A stretch of DNA of 64,000 nt from Candidatus Microbacterium stercoravium. Lineage in GTDB: Bacteria > Actinomycetota > Actinomycetes > Actinomycetales > Microbacteriaceae. The translations under genes and the position numbers were made by a program. Below the pieces are notes generated by a model. It made no database searches, was not told the origin of the DNA, and was given only the letters and a program-made list of their open reading frames with translations. Positions 30,042 through 41,909 of the stretch are shown piece after piece. The stretch spans positions 49,092 to 113,091 of the forward strand of contig DXAM01000140.1 of NCBI GenBank assembly GCA_019117025.1. The letters run 5' to 3'. The first letter of the stretch is position 1; every line of letters begins with the position of its first letter.

Positions 30042-31889
30042 ATGCGTCGCACCAATCACGGCTATGAGTCTGTCCGGAAGGGGCAGGCCGTCTTCGGCAT
30101 CGCGTTGGCGGCGGCGCTCATCGGGTCTTTGCTTCCGGCCACGGCCTCCGCCGCCGAACAGCCCGCTCCCGAGCCCACGCCGACGATCGTGCAGACGCCC
30201 GAGGCGACGCAGACCCCGGCTCCCGTCGACGCGCCGGAAGCGACGCCGTCGCCGACACCGAGCGACGTGCCGACGCCGGATCCGACGCCCACCGAGGCGC
30301 CGGAGCCGAGCGACACGCCCGAACCGACGTCGACGCCCACCCCGACGCCCACGCCGACGATGACGGCGGATCCCGGCGAGGCAGAGCTCGACGGGCTGGC
30401 AGCGGACAGCATCCCGTCGCCCGACAGGGGCGACTACGTCGGCGACAGCACGGAGGACGAGGCGGATCCGGGCGCGTACTCGGAGACGCAGGCCGGGCTG
30501 CTGAAGGCGGACACGCTCAACGGCTTCAAGGCCGGCAACATCATCAGCGACGCGAAGATGTACACGTCGGGCACGATGTCGGCGAACCAGATCCAGGGCT
30601 TCTTCAACCAGAAGGTCAAGCGCTGCGACGCGAACTACACGTGCCTCAAGGACTTCTCGATGAAGACCCGCACGAAGTCGCCGAACTCGTACTGCGCGGG
30701 CACCTACCAGGGGTCGAGCCGCGACACGGCGGCGCAGATCATCTCGAAGGTGTCGAAGGCCTGCAACGTCAGCGAGCGCGTGCTGATCGTCATGCTCCAG
30801 AAAGAGCAGGGCCTCGTGACGCACACATGGCCGAGCCAGTTCCGCTACGACATCGCCATGGGCTACGCCTGCCCCGACGACGCGGCGTGCGACAGCACGT
30901 ACTTCGGGTTCCAGAACCAGATGTACATGGCGGCCTATCAGCTGCAGCGGTACACCAAGGACAGCTACTTCAGCTGGTACCCGGTCGGCAAGACGTCGCA
31001 GGTGCGCTGGCACCCGAACGCCTCGTGCGGCACCGGGCCCGTGCGCATCGAGAACAAGGCGACTGCCGCGCTGTACTACTACACGCCCTACCAGCCGAAC
31101 CGCGCGGCGCTCCGCGCCGGCTACGGCGTCGGCGACTCGTGCTCGGCCTACGGCAACCGCAACCTCTACAACTACTACACCGACTGGTTCGGCTCGACGC
31201 ACGGCGGATCTCCGGGCGGCGGATCCACCGGATACTCCGTGACCGGCGCGACCGCGGTCAAGTGGAAGTCGATGGGCGGCGCGGGCGGCGTGCTGGGCGA
31301 TCCGATCGACAAGAAGAACTGCACGTCGGGCGTCGGCTGCTACCAGGTGTTCAAGGGCGGCAGCATCTACTACACCGAGCAGGCGGGCGCCGTGTACGTG
31401 CGGGGCGCGGTGCGCGACAAGTGGTCGAGCATGGGCGCGCGCGGCGGCCCCCTCGGCTACCCGACGAGCGACCCGTGGTGCGGCCTGTCCCAGGGCGGCT
31501 GCCTGCAGAAGTTCCAGGGCGGCACGATCTACACGACCGCCGCGACGGGCACCCACTACGTGCGCGGAGCGTTCCGCGACCTGTGGTCGCGCGTCGGCGA
31601 CCGCAACGGGATCATGAAGTACCCGACGAGCGATCCGTGGTGCGGCCTCGCGAAGGGCGGCTGCCTGCAGAAGTTCCAGGGCGGCACGATGTACACCTCG
31701 TCCGAGACGAGCACGAAGTATGTGCGCGGAGCGATTCGTGACGCGTGGGCGAAGACGGGCGACCGCCACGGCCGGCTCGGCTATCCCACCACGAATCCCC
31801 GATGCGGCGGCGGCGCGTGCACGCAGAGCTTCCAGGGCGGCACGATCCGCTACCAGGGCGGCTCGAGCCCCCGCGTGCTCTACGGGTAG
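30042..31889 (+). CDS. Secreted cell-wall associated protein: signal peptide, Pro/Thr linker, Cys-containing central domain (possible murein hydrolase), four LGFP repeats
   Basis: Signal peptide ending LLPATASA-AEQ and a PT-rich tract. The central domain holds VLIVMLQKEQGLV and conserved Cys pairs. The C-terminal repeats fit G.(V/I/F)RD.W...G...G.LGYPTSD..CGL..GGC.Q.FQGG.IY. Confidence 0.8.
   Translation: MRRTNHGYESVRKGQAVFGIALAAALIGSLLPATASAAEQPAPEPTPTIVQTPEATQTPAPVDAPEATPSPTPSDVPTPDPTPTEAPEPSDTPEPTSTPTPTPTPTMTADPGEAELDGLAADSIPSPDRGDYVGDSTEDEADPGAYSETQAGLLKADTLNGFKAGNIISDAKMYTSGTMSANQIQGFFNQKVKRCDANYTCLKDFSMKTRTKSPNSYCAGTYQGSSRDTAAQIISKVSKACNVSERVLIVMLQKEQGLVTHTWPSQFRYDIAMGYACPDDAACDSTYFGFQNQMYMAAYQLQRYTKDSYFSWYPVGKTSQVRWHPNASCGTGPVRIENKATAALYYYTPYQPNRAALRAGYGVGDSCSAYGNRNLYNYYTDWFGSTHGGSPGGGSTGYSVTGATAVKWKSMGGAGGVLGDPIDKKNCTSGVGCYQVFKGGSIYYTEQAGAVYVRGAVRDKWSSMGARGGPLGYPTSDPWCGLSQGGCLQKFQGGTIYTTAATGTHYVRGAFRDLWSRVGDRNGIMKYPTSDPWCGLAKGGCLQKFQGGTMYTSSETSTKYVRGAIRDAWAKTGDRHGRLGYPTTNPRCGGGACTQSFQGGTIRYQGGSSPRVLYG
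30162..30371 (+). repeat. Low-complexity Pro/Thr/Glu-rich linker coding region
   Basis: Encodes PAPEPTPTIVQTPEATQTPAPVDAPEATPSPTPSDVPTPDPTPTEAPEPSDTPEPTSTPTPTPTPT. Confidence 0.8.
31242..31886 (+). repeat. Four tandem LGFP repeat units (about 162 bp period)
   Basis: Units begin near aa 402, 455, 509 and 563. Units 2 and 3 are also near-identical in DNA, for example TGGTGCGGCCT...GGCGGCTGCCTGCAGAAGTTCCAGGGCGGCACGAT. Confidence 0.85.
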
Positions 31890-31894
31890 GGCGC

Positions 31895-33142
31895 GTGGCG
31901 TTCTCGGATGAGGCGATCGCGGGCGTGCGCGTTCCGCACTGGGTGCCGGACGCGCCGGACGCGCCGCGGAACTTCGGCGACGAGATCGGCCCGCTGCTCG
32001 TCCGGGCCCTCGTGGGCGAGCGCCCGGATCCGGGCGATGCGCGCCTGATCTCCGTCGGCAGCGTGCTGCAGTTCGCGTCTCCCGGCGATGTCGTCTGGGG
32101 TGCGGGGATCAACGGCAAAGTGCGTCAGCGCGTGCGGTACCCGCTCGACGTGCGCTCGGTGCGGGGACCTCTCACTCGAGCCGTGCTGCTGGGGAACGGC
32201 GTCGGCGTGCCGGAGGTCTACGGCGACCCCGCCCTGCTCATGCCGACGCTGTTCCCCTCGATCCGACCCGGAGGCACCGGCGGCATGCTGGTCGTGCCGA
32301 ACCTCAACGAGCTCGATCGGGTGTCGGGCGACGAGGTGCTCAGCCCGCTCGGCGATCCGCTGGCGATCGCGGCGCGCATCGCCGGCAGCGGCTTCGTCGT
32401 CGCGAGTTCGCTGCATGCCCTCGTCCTCGCCGATGCATACGGGATCCCCTCGCGCCCGCTCGTGCCGGTCGCCGAGCATCCGCTGAAGTACCTCGACTAC
32501 TACGCCGGCACGGGCAGGGCGCGCGTCGCGTTCGCGCGCTCGGTCGACGAAGCGATCGCGCTCGGTCCGGTCGCACCCGCCGAGGTCGATGTCGAGGCGA
32601 TCGCGCGGGCGTTCCCGCACGACCTCTGGGGCGGATCCGCCGCGAAGCAGGACGATTCGTCGGCCGATTTCTCCGCGCAGCGACGTGAGTCGTGGCGCGC
32701 GCGGGAGAGCCTCGCGCTCGCTGTCGGGCGCGACGCCCCCGACAGCGCCGCACAGGCGCTGCTGCGCGTCGATCAGCTCATCGCGGAGCAGTCCGGCGAC
32801 CTGGCCGAGGTGCTCGAGCTGTGCTCGACGGGCGCGGCACCGCGCGGTGCGCCGCTGAACGCAGCCGCGCGCACGTACCTCGACCGATCCGAACCGCACG
32901 GCGAGACCGACGCGCGCTTCTCGCGAGCTCTGCGCCGCGTGGCGGCGAAGACCGACCTGTCCGTGATCGGCCGCGTCGCCGCGACGGGAAAGGTCTCGCT
33001 CGCACGGGCGATCGCGCGCGGCGAGAAGACGGACGAGGACGGGCTCGCACACCTCGGGGAGAGCGCGCCGGCCGCGACGTCCGCCGAGCCCGAGCCGTCG
33101 GCGCCGGGGCTGATCTCGCGCGTGCTCAGGCGCCGCGGGTAG
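31895..33142 (+). CDS. Polysaccharide pyruvyl transferase family protein with about 170-aa C-terminal extension
   Basis: GTG start 5 nt after the LGFP stop. NFGDEIGPLLV and SSLHALVLADAYGIPS are the motifs expected for PS_pyruv_trans proteins. Confidence 0.72.
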   Translation: MAFSDEAIAGVRVPHWVPDAPDAPRNFGDEIGPLLVRALVGERPDPGDARLISVGSVLQFASPGDVVWGAGINGKVRQRVRYPLDVRSVRGPLTRAVLLGNGVGVPEVYGDPALLMPTLFPSIRPGGTGGMLVVPNLNELDRVSGDEVLSPLGDPLAIAARIAGSGFVVASSLHALVLADAYGIPSRPLVPVAEHPLKYLDYYAGTGRARVAFARSVDEAIALGPVAPAEVDVEAIARAFPHDLWGGSAAKQDDSSADFSAQRRESWRARESLALAVGRDAPDSAAQALLRVDQLIAEQSGDLAEVLELCSTGAAPRGAPLNAAARTYLDRSEPHGETDARFSRALRRVAAKTDLSVIGRVAATGKVSLARAIARGEKTDEDGLAHLGESAPAATSAEPEPSAPGLISRVLRRRG

Positions 33143-33154
33143 CATCGAGGCACA

Positions 33155-36122
<2,968 letters not shown>

Positions 36123-36130
36123 ACACTGGC

Positions 36131-36901
36131 ATGACGACCCGGCGGCGGCGCTACCTCCATTCCCTCTGGCTCCTGTCGTCGCGCGACCTGCGGGTGCGCT
36201 ACGCGACGAGCTGGTTGGGGTATTTGTGGAGCGTGCTCGATCCGCTCGTGATGAGCGCGATCTACTGGTTCGTGTTCACGCAGATCTTCCAGCGCGACGT
36301 CGGAGCGGATCCGTACATCGTGTTCCTGATCTGCGCGCTGCTGCCGTGGGTGTGGTTCAACTCGGCGGTCAGCGACTTCACGAAGGCGTTCAACAAAGAC
36401 GCGAAGCTCGTGAGATCGACGGCGATCCCGCGCTCGATCTGGGTGGGGCGCGTCATCGTCTCGAAGGGCGTCGAGTTCCTGTGCTCGATCCCGGTTCTCG
36501 TGCTGTTCGCGGTGTTCGGCGGCGCGACGCTGACCTGGGGCGTGCTCTGGTTTCCGCTGGCGGTGCTGATGCAGACCGTGCTGCTGGTCGGGCTCGGTCT
36601 CATCGTCGCGCCGCTGTGCGTGATGTTCAGCGACCTCGAGCGCACGACGCGGCTGGTGCTGCGCGCCCTGTTCTACGCGACGCCGATCATCTACACCGTC
36701 GGCGACCTGCCCGGCATCGCCCGCGAGCTCGGCGCGTTCAACCCGCTGTCCGGCATCTTCACGATGTACCGGGCGGCGTTCTTCCCCGAGCTGTGGGACA
36801 CGTTCGCGGTGAGCATGAGCGCCGTGATGTGCGTGCTGTTCCTCGGCACGGGGATCCTGGTGTTCCGCCGGCTCGAGCGTCCCCTGCTGAAGGAGCTGTG
36901 A
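36131..36901 (+). CDS. ABC-2 type polysaccharide export permease (Wzm-like), copy 2
   Basis: 256 aa. LRVRYATSWLGYLWSVLDPLVMSAIYWFVF and six TM segments. Confidence 0.85.
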   Translation: MTTRRRRYLHSLWLLSSRDLRVRYATSWLGYLWSVLDPLVMSAIYWFVFTQIFQRDVGADPYIVFLICALLPWVWFNSAVSDFTKAFNKDAKLVRSTAIPRSIWVGRVIVSKGVEFLCSIPVLVLFAVFGGATLTWGVLWFPLAVLMQTVLLVGLGLIVAPLCVMFSDLERTTRLVLRALFYATPIIYTVGDLPGIARELGAFNPLSGIFTMYRAAFFPELWDTFAVSMSAVMCVLFLGTGILVFRRLERPLLKEL

Positions 36902-37635
36902 TGGGCGATCAGTTCGCGATCGAGGTCGACTCGCTCGGCGTGCGATTCCGGCGCTCCCGGCGCGGGCGGCGATCGATCAAGTCGATGTTCGCCGATCCGA
37001 AGCACCGCACGCCGAAGGACGAGTTCTGGGCGCTGCGCGACGTGAGCTTCCAGGTGCGCCCCGGCGAGTCGATCGGCGTGGTCGGACGCAACGGCCAGGG
37101 CAAGTCGACCCTGCTGAAGCTCGTCGCCGGCGTTCTGCTCCCCGACGAGGGATCCGTGCAGGTCAACGGCGGGGTCGCGCCGCTGATCGAGATCACGGGA
37201 GGGTTCGTCGGCGACCTGACGGTGCGCGAGAACGTGCGGCTCACGTCGGGCCTGCACGGCATGAGCAAGGCTCAGGTCTCCGAGCGGTACGACGGGATCA
37301 TCGACTTCGCCGAGCTCGAGGAGTTCCAGGACACGCCCTACCGTCACCTGTCGAACGGCATGAAAGTGCGCCTCGCGTTCGCGGTCGTGTCACAGCTCGA
37401 CGAGCCGATCATGCTCGTCGACGAGGTGCTCGCCGTCGGCGACAAGGCGTTCCGCGAGAAGTGCTACACGCGCATCGACGAGATGCTCTCGGCCGGCCGC
37501 ACCCTGTTCTTCGTGAGCCACCGCGAGGCCGACCTGCGCCGGTTCTGCGATCGCGGCCTGTACATCCGCGATCACCGGCTCGCGATGGACGCTCCGATCG
37601 AGCAGGTCCTCACGACGTACAACAGCGACACCTGA
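36901..37635 (+). CDS. Polysaccharide export ABC transporter ATP-binding protein (Wzt-like), copy 2
   Basis: ATG shares 1 nt with the permease stop. Walker A GRNGQGKSTLLK, signature LSNGMKVRLAF, Walker B MLVDEVLAVGD. Confidence 0.88.
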   Translation: MGDQFAIEVDSLGVRFRRSRRGRRSIKSMFADPKHRTPKDEFWALRDVSFQVRPGESIGVVGRNGQGKSTLLKLVAGVLLPDEGSVQVNGGVAPLIEITGGFVGDLTVRENVRLTSGLHGMSKAQVSERYDGIIDFAELEEFQDTPYRHLSNGMKVRLAFAVVSQLDEPIMLVDEVLAVGDKAFREKCYTRIDEMLSAGRTLFFVSHREADLRRFCDRGLYIRDHRLAMDAPIEQVLTTYNSDT

Positions 37636-37684
37636 GCGCGCCGAAGCGGCCGGAGTTTGGTCTCTGCGCGACCGCTGTCAGAAT

Positions 37685-39754
37685 ATGACGGTGACAGTCG
37701 ACGCGCCGATGGCCCCGCCCCTCCGGCGCAGGGTGCCGTCATCGCGCGGAGCGATGCGCATCGGCGAGATCGACGGGCTGCGCGGAATCGCCCTGACGCT
37801 CGTCGTGGTGTTCCACCTGTTCGGCCACGGACGCGTCTCCGGCGGCGTCGACGTGTTCCTCACGGTCTCCGGCTTCCTGCTCGTATTGTCGCTCGTCCGC
37901 GCCCTGAGCGGCGGAAAGCCGCTCGGCATCGTGGCGCGCTGGGGCCGCACGTTCGCCCGGCTGGCCCCACCGGCATCCCTCGTGCTGCTGACCGTCGCCG
38001 TGCTCTCGTACACGGTGTACGCGCCGTGGCTGCGCTCACAGAACCTCATCGAGGTCGTCTCGACCGCTCTCTACGTCGAGAACTGGCAGCTCATCACCTC
38101 GCAGCTCGCCTACGGCGCGGCGGGCCCTGAGACGAGCCCGCTGCAGCACTTCTGGTCGCTGTCGGTCCAGGCGCAGTTCTTCCTGCTGTTCCCGCTCGTC
38201 GTCGCTCTGCTCGCGCTCGTCGTGCGCGGGGCTCGCGCGCGCGTCGTCGCGTTCTGGATCCTGCTGGCGATCGCGACGGTCTGCTCGTTCGTCTACGCGG
38301 CGCAGCGCAACGCCGCGGACCCGCTGGCGGCGTACTTCGACACCTTCGCTCGCTTCTGGGAGCTCGGGATCGGCGGCATCGTGGCGGGGCTCGTCCTGTC
38401 GCGCAGAACCCTTCCTCCGGTCGCGCGGCCGGTCGCCGGATGGGCCGGACTCGCGATGATCATCGTCAGCGGCCTCGTGTTCGACGGCGGCGCGATGTAT
38501 CCGGGGCCCGCGGCGCTGCTCCCCGTCGGCGGCGCGCTGCTCGTGATCCTGGCGGGATCGGGCGGCCCGTTCTCACCCACGCCGCTGCTCACCAGCGGGC
38601 CGCTGCGCTGGCTCGACAGCATCTCGTACGGGCTGTACCTCTGGCACTGGCCGTTCCTCATCGTCCACCTGACGCTCACGGAGAGCGACGCGATCGGCCC
38701 GCTCGGGGCGGTCGTCGTGCTCGCGGCGGCGCTGCTCGCAACGCTGCTGACCCGGTACCTCCTGCGCGTGCCCACGGCCTGGGCGATGCGTCCGAAACCG
38801 GGCCGCGCGCTCGCGCTCGCTCTCGTGGCGATGCTCGTCGTCGCGCTTCCCGTGGGCGGTCTCGTCGTCCGAGACGCGGCGCAGTCATCGGTCGTGGCCG
38901 TCGACGACTGCGCGGGCGCGGCCTCGCTCGATCCGGAGCGGCCCGAATGCGCCGACGAGCAGCCCGACGGCGAGCTGGTGCCCGCGCTCGACGATCTGCG
39001 CTCCGACGACGCGAACCGCAGCGGATGCTGGTCGCGCCTCGGCACCGACGTGGTCGAGATCTGCGCGCTGGGCGAAGAGAATGACTATTCGAAGCGGATC
39101 CTCGCGGTCGGCGACTCGCACAACAACGTGTTCCTCGACGTGTACGAGCAGATCGCCCAGGCGCGCGGCTGGCGCATCGACGCGGCCGGGCGCGCGGGAT
39201 GCCAATGGGTGGCGCCCGACGCCCCCGTCTACGGCCAGAACGAGGCCGATCAGCAGGCCTGCGCCGACTGGCGCACGGCGATCGACGAGCGCGCGGCCTC
39301 CGGCGACTACGACGCGATCTTCACGACCGCGTCGTCGAAGTCGAAGTTCGAATCGGTGCAGCCCGGCGTGACCGACGAGGAGTTCCACGCGCAGGTGCTG
39401 ACGCAGGCGTGGGCGCATCGTCCGTCGGATGACACCCCCATCATCGTGCTGCGGGACAACCCGATCTTCCCGGCCGAGATGCTCACCTGCCTCGCAGACC
39501 GGCAGACGATCGACGCGGGGGAGTGCGCGCTGCCGCGATCGGAGGCGCTGCTCGAGACCGGGTTCGACGAGGCGGTCGAGCAGACCGCGAACGCCCACCT
39601 GATCGACCTCACCGACCTGGAGTGCGGGCCCGATGTCTGCTCGATGGTGCAGGGCGGCGTGATCGTCACGCGCGACGGAGCGCACCTCACGCGCACGTAC
39701 GCGTCGACTCTCGCGCCGTACCTCGACCGCGAGCTCGCGCGTCTGGTCGGATGA
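37685..39754 (+). CDS. Acyltransferase family 3 (AT3) membrane domain fused to SGNH esterase-like domain (OafA/YrhL-type O-acyltransferase), copy 1
   Basis: IDGLRGIALTLVVVFHLFGHGRVSGGVDVFLTVSGFLL, about 10 TM segments, and C-terminal ILAVGDSHNN. -10-like CAGAAT sits 6 nt before in-frame GTG 37691. Confidence 0.85.
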   Translation: MTVTVDAPMAPPLRRRVPSSRGAMRIGEIDGLRGIALTLVVVFHLFGHGRVSGGVDVFLTVSGFLLVLSLVRALSGGKPLGIVARWGRTFARLAPPASLVLLTVAVLSYTVYAPWLRSQNLIEVVSTALYVENWQLITSQLAYGAAGPETSPLQHFWSLSVQAQFFLLFPLVVALLALVVRGARARVVAFWILLAIATVCSFVYAAQRNAADPLAAYFDTFARFWELGIGGIVAGLVLSRRTLPPVARPVAGWAGLAMIIVSGLVFDGGAMYPGPAALLPVGGALLVILAGSGGPFSPTPLLTSGPLRWLDSISYGLYLWHWPFLIVHLTLTESDAIGPLGAVVVLAAALLATLLTRYLLRVPTAWAMRPKPGRALALALVAMLVVALPVGGLVVRDAAQSSVVAVDDCAGAASLDPERPECADEQPDGELVPALDDLRSDDANRSGCWSRLGTDVVEICALGEENDYSKRILAVGDSHNNVFLDVYEQIAQARGWRIDAAGRAGCQWVAPDAPVYGQNEADQQACADWRTAIDERAASGDYDAIFTTASSKSKFESVQPGVTDEEFHAQVLTQAWAHRPSDDTPIIVLRDNPIFPAEMLTCLADRQTIDAGECALPRSEALLETGFDEAVEQTANAHLIDLTDLECGPDVCSMVQGGVIVTRDGAHLTRTYASTLAPYLDRELARLVG

Positions 39755-39808
39755 GGGCGATCTGCTGCTTTCCGCGCGGCCTTGACGGTTCTCCCATGGC
39801 GCATGCGC

Positions 39809-39814
39809 AACACT
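39809..39814 (+). promoter_or_regulatory. Putative -10 element for a leaderless AT3 copy 2 transcript
   Basis: AACACT, 7 nt, then GTG 39822. TTGACG lies at 39782-39787. Confidence 0.3.
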
Positions 39815-39821
39815 TGACTCG

Positions 39822-41909
39822 GTGAGTGTTGAGCAGACCACGCGACGCCCGCGGACCAAGCCAGCCCGGATCACGGAGATCGATGGCCTTCGCGGCGTCT
39901 CGCTGACCCTCGTCGTCATCTTCCACCTCTTCGGCCACGGCCGGGTGTCGGGCGGCGTCGACGTCTTCCTGATGATCTCGGGATTCCTCCTCACGCTCTC
40001 GCTCGCGCGCTCCCTCGACCGCGGACGCCCGCTGGGCGTCGTCGCGCGCTGGGGGCGCACGTTCATCCGGCTCACCCCGCCCGCCGCGATCGTGCTCGTC
40101 GCGGTGGTCGTGCTCTCGTTCGTCGTCTACGAGCCGTGGGCGCAGCTCGGTACGCTGCGCGAAGTCATCGCGACCGCGCTGTACTACGAGAACTGGCACC
40201 TGATCGCGCAGCAGCTCACCTACGACGCCGCGGGGTCCGAGACGAGTCCGCTGCAGCACTTCTGGTCGCTGTCGGTGCAGGCGCAGTTCTTCATCGTCTT
40301 CCCGCTCATCGCGGTCGCCATCACGCTCGTGAGCCGCCGCGCCGCGACGCGCGAACGGATCTTCTGGGGCGCGGTGGTCGTCGGCACCGTCTGCTCGTTC
40401 GTCTATGCGTGGCAGCTGAACCAGGCGGATCCCACCCGCGCCTATTTCGACACGTTCGCGCGCGCATGGGAGCTGGGGTTCGGCGGCATCGTCGCCGGGC
40501 TGTGGAAGCGCGGCATCGTCTTCCCGCCCGCATGGCGCGGAATCACCGGCTGGGTCGGACTCGCGATGATTGTCTCGTCGGGATTCGTGTTCGACGGGAA
40601 GGTCGCATACCCGGGACCGTACGCGCTGCTGCCCGTCGCGGGCGCGGCGATCGTGCTGCTCTCGGCCGGCGCGACCCACGCCGCGTCGGCCTCGCGCGTG
40701 CTGTCGCACCGCGGCCTGGTGAGGCTCGACCACATCTCGTATGGCCTGTACCTGTGGCACTGGCCGATCCTCATCGCCTACCTCACCTACCGGGGGCGTG
40801 AGGACGGGGCGATCGGACCGCTCGGCGCCATCGGCGTGCTCGCCTCGGCGTACGTCGCGACCATGCTCACCACGTGGCTGCTGCGCGTTCCGACCCGGTG
40901 GTCGGCGAGCCGCGGCATCGTCGTGCAGCTCGCCACTGTCGCGACCGCCATCGCCATCGCGGTCGTGCCCGCGGCGACGAGCACCGCCGCGATCGTGCGC
41001 AGCGCCGACATCCCGCTCGTGGCCTGCTCCGGCGCGGCGGCCCTCGACCCGGACAAGCCCGAGTGCCATGACTTCACGGCGCACGAGAGCAGAATGCCTC
41101 CCGTCGGGATCCTGCCGGTCGAGGCCATGCGCCGCGCTGACGACGCGACGCGCACCGAGTGCTGGAGCGACATGGCAGACGATGCGTTCGACATGTGCAC
41201 GCTGGGAGACCCCGACAGCGACATGCGCATCCTCGCACTCGGTGACTCGCACCTCGCGGTCATGACCGACGCGATCGAGCAGATCGCCGACGACCGGGGC
41301 TGGCGCATCGACATGGCCGCGCGCGGCTGGTGCCGCTGGATGGGGGAGGACGCGCAGCTGGCCGACCTCGATCAGTCGCTGCGGGACCGGTGCACCTCGT
41401 GGCGCGCGGAAGCCGAGGCGGTCGTCGAAGAGGGCGGCTACGACGCGATCATCGTCGCGGCGGCATCGCATTCGAAGTTCGAGGTGCCGGAGGGCACGAG
41501 CCAGGCCGAGTTCGAGACCGAGAAGCTGCTCGAGGCGTGGTCGACGCGCCCGGATGCCGAGAACGTGCCGATCATCGCCTTCCACGACAACCCGCGGATC
41601 TTCTCCTCGGTGCAGGCCCCGTGCTTCGGCGACGCGCGCAAGCTCAACGACGGGGACTGCTCGGTTCCCCGCGACGAGGCGATCGCCGACCAATCGGGGC
41701 TCGACGACGCCATCGCGCGCGACCCGAACGCGATGACGATCGACGTGAACGACTACATCTGCGCGCCCGACCGGTGCAACCCGGTCGTGGGAGGCGTGGC
41801 GGTGTACCGCGACAATGCGCACATGACGTCGACCTTCATCGAGACGCTCCGGCCGTACATCGAGCGCGAGCTGGTGGGCGCCCTTTCCCGGGCTCGCGTT
41901 CTCGACTGA
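39822..41909 (+). CDS. AT3-SGNH O-acyltransferase, copy 2 (close tandem paralog of copy 1)
   Basis: IDGLRGVSLTLVVIFHLFGHGRVSGGVDVFLMISGFLL and ILALGDSHLAV. Long stretches are identical to copy 1, for example SPLQHFWSLSVQAQFF. Confidence 0.85.
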   Translation: MSVEQTTRRPRTKPARITEIDGLRGVSLTLVVIFHLFGHGRVSGGVDVFLMISGFLLTLSLARSLDRGRPLGVVARWGRTFIRLTPPAAIVLVAVVVLSFVVYEPWAQLGTLREVIATALYYENWHLIAQQLTYDAAGSETSPLQHFWSLSVQAQFFIVFPLIAVAITLVSRRAATRERIFWGAVVVGTVCSFVYAWQLNQADPTRAYFDTFARAWELGFGGIVAGLWKRGIVFPPAWRGITGWVGLAMIVSSGFVFDGKVAYPGPYALLPVAGAAIVLLSAGATHAASASRVLSHRGLVRLDHISYGLYLWHWPILIAYLTYRGREDGAIGPLGAIGVLASAYVATMLTTWLLRVPTRWSASRGIVVQLATVATAIAIAVVPAATSTAAIVRSADIPLVACSGAAALDPDKPECHDFTAHESRMPPVGILPVEAMRRADDATRTECWSDMADDAFDMCTLGDPDSDMRILALGDSHLAVMTDAIEQIADDRGWRIDMAARGWCRWMGEDAQLADLDQSLRDRCTSWRAEAEAVVEEGGYDAIIVAAASHSKFEVPEGTSQAEFETEKLLEAWSTRPDAENVPIIAFHDNPRIFSSVQAPCFGDARKLNDGDCSVPRDEAIADQSGLDDAIARDPNAMTIDVNDYICAPDRCNPVVGGVAVYRDNAHMTSTFIETLRPYIERELVGALSRARVLD

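Noticed and set aside
30162-30371. Short periodic ACGCC/CCGAC-type repeats that could be mistaken for a CRISPR or VNTR
   Set aside because: They are irregular, in frame, and simply encode a Pro/Thr linker. There is no repeat-spacer structure and there are no cas genes.
28902-31769. 955-aa ORF on the minus strand across the LGFP gene
   Set aside because: Only the last 370 aa or so are ATP-grasp-like. The upstream part is the antisense of the LGFP protein and is Arg/Gly/Val-rich.
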